DNA of 64,000 bases from Eledone cirrhosa. Lineage: Eukaryota. The position numbers and the translations under genes were made by a program. Shown here one piece after another: positions 56,936 through 64,000 of the stretch (position 1 is the stretch's first letter; each line of letters starts with the position of its first letter). The DNA is taken from positions 162,316,001-162,380,000 of the forward strand of contig OZ024743.1 in assembly GCA_964016885.1 (NCBI GenBank), given 5' to 3'. The notes under the pieces are model-generated. The model was not told where the DNA came from. It saw nothing but the letters and a program-made list of their open reading frames with translations, and ran no database searches.

Positions 56936-57449
56936 ACACACACACACACACACACACACACACGCGCGCGCGCACACACACGCACGCACGCACTCACATA
57001 CACACACACTCACTCACTCACACACACACTCACTCACTCACTCACACACACACACACACACTCACTCACACACACACACACACTCACACACTCACACACA
57101 CTCACTCACACACGCGCACACACACTCACACACACTCACTCACACACTCACACACACTCACTCACACACGCACGCACATACACACACACTCACACACACA
57201 CTCACTTACACACACTCACTCACACACGCACACGCACACACACTCACTCACTCACACACACACACACACTCACACACTCACACACACTCACTCACACACG
57301 CGCACACACACTCACACACACTCACTCACACACTCACACACACTCACTCACACACGCACGCACATACACACACACTCACACACACACTCACTTACACACA
57401 CTCACTCACACACGCACACGCACACACACTCACTCACTCACACACACAT
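56936..57449. repeat. Complex (CA)/(CACT) microsatellite with an internal higher-order duplication
   Basis: Variant patterns such as cacgcacgcacatacac and cacttacacac recur about 186 bp apart. Confidence 0.9.
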
Positions 57450-57464
57450 ATATTACTGTCATTT

Positions 57465-57650
57465 GAATTGGCAGTATCGGTAGAGGGTCGGACGCCATGC
57501 TTTGACGCAATGAGTTACGGCCCTTGCTATTCTGAGTTCAAATCCCGCTGAGGTTAACTTTGCCTTTCATCCTTATGAGGTCGATAAAATAAAGTACCAG
57601 TAATGCACTGGGTAATTTGCTGGCCTTGTGCCAAAAAGTAGAAACAATTA
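57465..57650 (+). mobile_element. tRNA-derived SINE family 1 (full), followed by a second 5' fragment at 57666-57742
   Basis: A box tggcagtatcgg, B box gagttcaaatcc, body as in 59852-60042. Confidence 0.9.
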
Positions 57651-58541
57651 TTAATACTATAGATTTGGATTTGCAGTGTCGGTAGAGGGTCGGACACCAT
57701 GCTTTGACGCATAGAGTTACGGCCCTTGCCATTCTGAGTTCAAAGTTGTTTGGCTTTTTATCGTTTTGATGCTGCTGTTGTTGTTGTAGATATTGGTATT
57801 GTTGTAGATAGCGGTGTTGGTGTTCGTTTTGATGCTGTTGTTGTTGTAGATGTTGGTGTTGGTGTTCGTTTTGATGCTGTTGTTGGTGGTGTTCGTTGGT
57901 CGTTTTGACTGAGTAGTGGTGATGGCAGTTAATGTAGTTCGATTTTTTATCGTTTTGATACTGTTGTTGTTGTTATAGATGTTGCTGTTCATAAGCTCTG
58001 ACCCAGTCACTAAACACCAGATTTGTGTCCTCTTCTTTTCAAATTTGTGGGATTGGACGTTAAAGAACTTCAGGTAGAATTAATTTGTGCTTTCTCGTCT
58101 TTCTTTTCACCATATTTATAACAAAGCACATGAGAGTATTATTCAGTTTGAAAAAGTCAAAATCGATAAAAAGTACTATACCCGTTGCATCAGTGACAAA
58201 AATGTTTCCAGGGTGTCTAGTAGTTTACTTATCCAAACAATGGAATAAAATAAGTATACGGAAAAAAAACAAAATAAAACCTAACAGTCATACATAAAAC
58301 ACCCGACGATATAAAAGCATGTAGCTCAAACATATATACATACATGGTAGTATGACAGCAGCTTCATAGCGTCTGTCCTCTTCATTGGGTGGCCGAGATT
58401 GGGAAAACATGTGGTCCTCCTTTAATTTGACGAATTTAGATGAGGAGTAGGGTTTGTTTGGCAGGAGTCATGGGTACAGGTTGGCATCCGGTTTAGGATA
58501 TTTTCTGAGGGTGAGTAGACTGATTGGAACAATAACACTCT

Positions 58542-58625
<84 letters not shown>

Positions 58626-58771
58626 TTTTGAGTTTATGTTGGTTGTATACCAACACCTCAGTATGCAGGCTGGAGCACTCGACGAAGTGCGCAGGTTGGT
58701 TTGGTTACTCCGGAGTAGTGTAAAATAAAGTTAAATAAAAGTCAAATGATTAAAATTTAGCTTCGTTTATT

Positions 58772-58826
58772 ACTGCTATATATATTTCAGTGACAGCCAT
58801 CTTTGGCTGTGACCTCTTCAGGCAGT
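58772..58826 (-). ncRNA. Type I hammerhead ribozyme
   Basis: Exact inverse of 58998-59052. Confidence 0.85.
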
Positions 58827-58997
58827 TTGAATTAGTATGGTATAGACAAGTACATATGTTGTTTAGGTGTATGATATTGTCAATGACTCCAGTTCCCCAG
58901 TGAATTAACAACCCAACAAGGAACTGGGCATATCAGAGTATTGACAATATCATACACCTAAACAACATATGTACTTGTCTATACCATACTAATTCAA

Positions 58998-59052
58998 ACT
59001 GCCTGAAGAGGTCACAGCCAAAGATGGCTGTCACTGAAATATATATAGCAGT
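58998..59052 (+). ncRNA. Type I hammerhead ribozyme
   Basis: ACUGC-CUGAAGA-GGUCACAGCCA aaga UGGCUGUCACU-GAAA-UAUAUA-UA-GCAGU. Confidence 0.85.
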
Positions 59053-59092
59053 AATAAACGAAGCTAAATTTTAATCATTTGACTTTTATTTA

Positions 59093-60295
<1,203 letters not shown>

Positions 60296-60701
60296 TTCTC
60301 TTATCGAGTGGTCTTGGATTTCCTACCTATAGTTGCTCACACAATGCTCGGTTTGTTGTTTTTTTTCGTTGTTTTGTTATTGTTTTCTCTTTTCTTCCTC
60401 CTTTGCTTTCCTTCCCTCCTTCCTTCGTTTTCCCAATAACTTATCTAGTTATTGACGCCCTGGGGCGAGGTTTATTGTCTTTAAAGCGTAGAAATATCCG
60501 AGACCCCCAGTAGACAACTGATGAGGACCCCCCCCCCGACCCCCGTTCTTGCTTTCTTCGTATTCCCACTGCATTTTAAGTTATATATATACGTGTGTGG
60601 ATGTCTGTGTGTGTGTAAAAGGTAAACAGAAATAACAACATAATCGGTACAGTATCTGGGAGGGATATATTAGGTTAACGCTTGATATAGTAGGAAGAGG
60701 G

Positions 60702-60736
60702 TCTTAACGTTTCGGACGCTAGTCCTTCGTCAGAGA
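60702..60736 (-). ncRNA. Type I minimal hammerhead ribozyme in a PLE terminal fragment (60618-60765)
   Basis: UCU-CUGACGA-A GGAC uagc GUCC-GAAACGUUA-AGA, with palindromic AACGUU as stem III. Confidence 0.82.
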
Positions 60737-60779
60737 AATGAGAAATAAGATAGACTGAAGGGACACACACTCCTCATAT

Positions 60780-60819
<40 letters not shown>

Positions 60820-61312
60820 TTACATACACCCACGTACATACATACACATACATACACATACATACATATATACACTCATATACACATACATACACCTATA
60901 CACACACACACACACATACACACATATATATATATACATATACATACATACACACACACGTATATAGATATATACACATATATACATATATGCACACATA
61001 CGCACACACACATATATATACACATATACATATATATGTATACATATACACGTACATACACACACATATATATATATATACACATACACACACACAGACA
61101 TACATACGTACATACACACGTACCCACATGTGTATATATATATATATATATACACATACACTCACACACATATATATACACACACATATATATATGCACA
61201 CACATACATATATACACACAGCCATGTCTACATATGTACATACACACATATATACACATATGATGGCTGGCCCCTCGTTATCGAGTATGGCCATTGCACG
61301 AGAAAAAAAAAA

Positions 61313-61348
<36 letters not shown>

Positions 61349-61484
61349 AAAAGAAAATAAAAATACAAAAAAAAAAAATATATATATATATATACATATA
61401 CATACACATACACACACACACACACTCACACACACATATACACACACATATACATTAATAACAATAATAATAATAATAATAATA

Positions 61485-61596
61485 ATTGTTTCTACTTTAG
61501 GGACAAGGCCAGCAATTACCCAGTGCATTACTGGTACTTTATTTTATCGACCCCGTAAGGATGAAAGGCAAAGTCAACCTCGGCGGGATTTGAACT
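61485..61596 (-). mobile_element. tRNA-derived SINE family 1, 3' part
   Basis: Same sequence as 3633-3736, with an (ATT)n tail. Confidence 0.88.
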
Positions 61597-61711
61597 AATA
61601 ATAATAATAATAACAACAATAATAATAACGACAACAACAATAATAATATACATATACATACATATATACACACTTAAGCATATCTACACACACACACACA
61701 CACGATAGCAA

Positions 61712-62161
61712 CTAACAGCGCTGCGATCGAATGTGGCTTTTTAGCCCAGCCAATGATCTAAAATGTCTTGCACTGAGTCGGCAACCAAAACATTCACTGG
61801 GAATAGTCGGCTGTGGTTGGAGTTCGTGTACTTTTGCATGTCGTTTGAGCCCTCCTGCTGATTTACATTCTCTACCACATGTTTGGCAAGCATGATGAGT
61901 AGCATCTCCAACAGCAGCCTGGTAGTCAACCACTGGTCTTACTTTATGACTGCGAAGATGACTTTCGAGTCCAGCTTTGCTTAGGCAGAGTCTCGCACAT
62001 ACGCTGCATGTCAGCACCATAGGAGGACCCTCGCCGTCTGGAAGTGCAACAGCAATGCCCTTCCTCACATCCCGCTTTACTTTCTCGTATGCGATTCGAG
62101 ATGCCTCAAGGGCAAATTTTCCCTCATATATATTCCCTCCATTTATTACGATCAGCAGCAA
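61712..62161 (-). CDS. RTE ORF C-terminus with three C2H2-like zinc fingers (frameshifted from the RT ORF)
   Basis: CSVCARLCLSKAGLESHLRSH; CQTCGRECKSAGGLKRHAKVH; CRLSARHFRSLAGLKSHIRS. Confidence 0.8.
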   Translation of the reverse strand: MLLIVINGGNIYEGKFALEASRIAYEKVKRDVRKGIAVALPDGEGPPMVLTCSVCARLCLSKAGLESHLRSHKVRPVVDYQAAVGDATHHACQTCGRECKSAGGLKRHAKVHELQPQPTIPSECFGCRLSARHFRSLAGLKSHIRSQRC

Positions 62162-64000
62162 TATTCTCCCATGTATCAGCAGAGATGTTAGCGTCTTTCA
62201 GAGAGGCTTTCAAGGAATCCTTATACCTCTTTTTGGGTTTATGTGGCGGTCGTTTTCCTTTAACCAACTCTCCATAAAAGAGTTGTTTTGGTATTCTAGA
62301 ATCCTTCATCCTGGCAAGGTGACCACTCCAACGGAGTCGTTGCTTAAGCACAAGAGCTTCTATACTGTCACACATAGAGCTTTCCAAAATCTCGACATCA
62401 CTGATGTGGTCCCTCCAGTGAACGCCATGGATCCGTCTAAGACACATCTGATGGAAACGCTCCAATTGCTTAAGGTGGTGTCGATATGTGACCCAGGTCT
62501 CGCAGGCATAAAGAAGACAAGAGAGCACACATGCCCTGTACACCTTTACCTTTGTCCTCCTGCATATGTCTCGCCGACCCCAGAGTCGCCTTTCTAGCTT
62601 TCCGAAAGCATCACTTGCTTTCCTAATCCTAAGTGAGATTTCACTGTCAAGGTTGCTGTATCGATTGACAGTGCTTCCCAGGTAGACAAACTGATCAACC
62701 ACTCCAAGTCGTTTGCCATACACATAGATGTTTGGTTCAGTGTACTGCTTACCAGGGGCAGGTTGGTACATGACGACGGTTTTCTTGAGACTGACAGTCA
62801 GACCTAGGGCAGTGCAAGCGTCAGAAAATGCATTCAAAATGTGCTGCATATCACTCTCTGTGTGCGCTACAAGATCGCAATCATCTGCATACAAGAGGTC
62901 TCTTATGATTGATGTAAACACTTTTGTCTTCGCAGCAAAGGGCCTGATGTTAAATATGCTGCCTGAGGTTCGATATCGGATGTAAACACCATGCTCGCAA
63001 TTCCTGAATGCAATACAGAAAACCATTGCAAAGTATATGGCAAACAGGGTCGGTGCTGGAATATCCCCCTGCTTCACTCCATTTTTTACTGAGATAGGCT
63101 CCGACATGTTACCCCCAACATTAACCCAAGCCTTCATGTCGTCATGGAAAGACCTAACTAAAGCAAGGAACTTATCAGGGCAACCAAGTTTCTGGAGAAC
63201 CTTCCATAATGCATCTCTGTTAACAGTATCGAAAGCTTTTGTCAGATCGACAAAAACCTGATACAGATCCAAGCCTTGTTCCATGCACTTCTCCTGGAGC
63301 TGTCTAGCTGAGAAGATCATATCAGTAGTGCCGCGTCCAGCACGAAAACCAGATTGACTTTCAGGAAGAACACAATCTGCAATGTGTGTCAGAAGACGGT
63401 CCAGAAGCACCCTACATAAAACTTTCCCTACGACAGAAGGCAATGATATACCTCTGTAGTTGCCACAATCGTTCCTGTTACCCTTTCCCTTGTACAAGAC
63501 CACCATTACTGCATCTCTCCAGTCCTCAGGTACGGATTCATTAGCCCATATCCTTCCAAACAAAGAGTGAAGATGTTGCAGGAGTCTCTCACCACCATAT
63601 TGTAGGAGCTCAGCATGTATGCCATCCATATCTGGAGATCTTCCACTGTTCAGCTTCGAAATAGCCACTGCAACCTCCACAAGCGTCGGAGGTTCTGCGA
63701 GAGCTACTTTCACAGGACTTTCTGGAATGAGATTGAGGAAATCTTCACTGACGACAGACGGCTGATTCAAAAGATCATCAAAGTGCTCTCGCCATCTTCG
63801 TAGAATTCCTTGTGAGTCACGAAGAAGTTCTTTGCCATCCTTGCTGCGAAGCGGTGTCACCAGAGAAGAAGACGGTTCATAAACCTCACGCAAGAGACTG
63901 TACAACAGCTTTGTGTTATTGGAATCAGACGCAGTTTGTATCTCACCAGCCTTCTCACTCCACCACTGATCTTTCATCTGAGAAAGACTCCGCCTAACAC
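62124..64000 (-). CDS. RTE-clade LINE reverse transcriptase, continues off the right edge
   Basis: GNYRGISL, ESQSGFRAGRGTTDMIFSARQLQEKC, FVDLTKAFD, GVKQG, LLYADD, FVYLGS, RLRWSGH..RM..RIPKQLFYGEL. Confidence 0.95.
   Translation of the reverse strand, partial: VRRSLSQMKDQWWSEKAGEIQTASDSNNTKLLYSLLREVYEPSSSLVTPLRSKDGKELLRDSQGILRRWREHFDDLLNQPSVVSEDFLNLIPESPVKVALAEPPTLVEVAVAISKLNSGRSPDMDGIHAELLQYGGERLLQHLHSLFGRIWANESVPEDWRDAVMVVLYKGKGNRNDCGNYRGISLPSVVGKVLCRVLLDRLLTHIADCVLPESQSGFRAGRGTTDMIFSARQLQEKCMEQGLDLYQVFVDLTKAFDTVNRDALWKVLQKLGCPDKFLALVRSFHDDMKAWVNVGGNMSEPISVKNGVKQGDIPAPTLFAIYFAMVFCIAFRNCEHGVYIRYRTSGSIFNIRPFAAKTKVFTSIIRDLLYADDCDLVAHTESDMQHILNAFSDACTALGLTVSLKKTVVMYQPAPGKQYTEPNIYVYGKRLGVVDQFVYLGSTVNRYSNLDSEISLRIRKASDAFGKLERRLWGRRDICRRTKVKVYRACVLSCLLYACETWVTYRHHLKQLERFHQMCLRRIHGVHWRDHISDVEILESSMCDSIEALVLKQRLRWSGHLARMKDSRIPKQLFYGELVKGKRPPHKPKKRYKDSLKASLKDANISADTWENIAADRNKWREYI

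Overview
Eukaryotic, AT-rich, microsatellite-dense genomic DNA made up almost entirely of transposable elements and simple repeats. I cannot support any host protein-coding gene. The tRNA-derived SINE families and the (AAAAGAGT)n-tailed repeat resemble repeats I know from octopod cephalopods; this is an inference, not a database match. Contents: a 102-bp pyrimidine-rich satellite; three families of R4/Dong-type RLE non-LTR retrotransposons sitting in (TAA)n or (CATA)n; Tx1/L1-like 3' ends in (ATT)n and (ATCT)n; an RTE element with three C-terminal C2H2 fingers and a ~535-bp non-autonomous RTE derivative; a non-autonomous Helitron; and many Penelope-like elements (PLEs, RT + GIY-YIG) and their non-coding derivatives in (TA)n. 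The most striking signal has three parts. (1) About 17 minimal type I hammerhead-ribozyme motifs from about 7 sequence families. (2) A recurring tail-to-tail (fold-back) architecture of PLE-related insertions; in one family three independent insertions share the same pair of staggered ends. (3) Coding-free hammerhead units that look like retrozymes. A candidate HDV-like fold lies at the 5' end of the full-length Dong-like element. All coordinates and structures were read by eye and are approximate at repeat edges.
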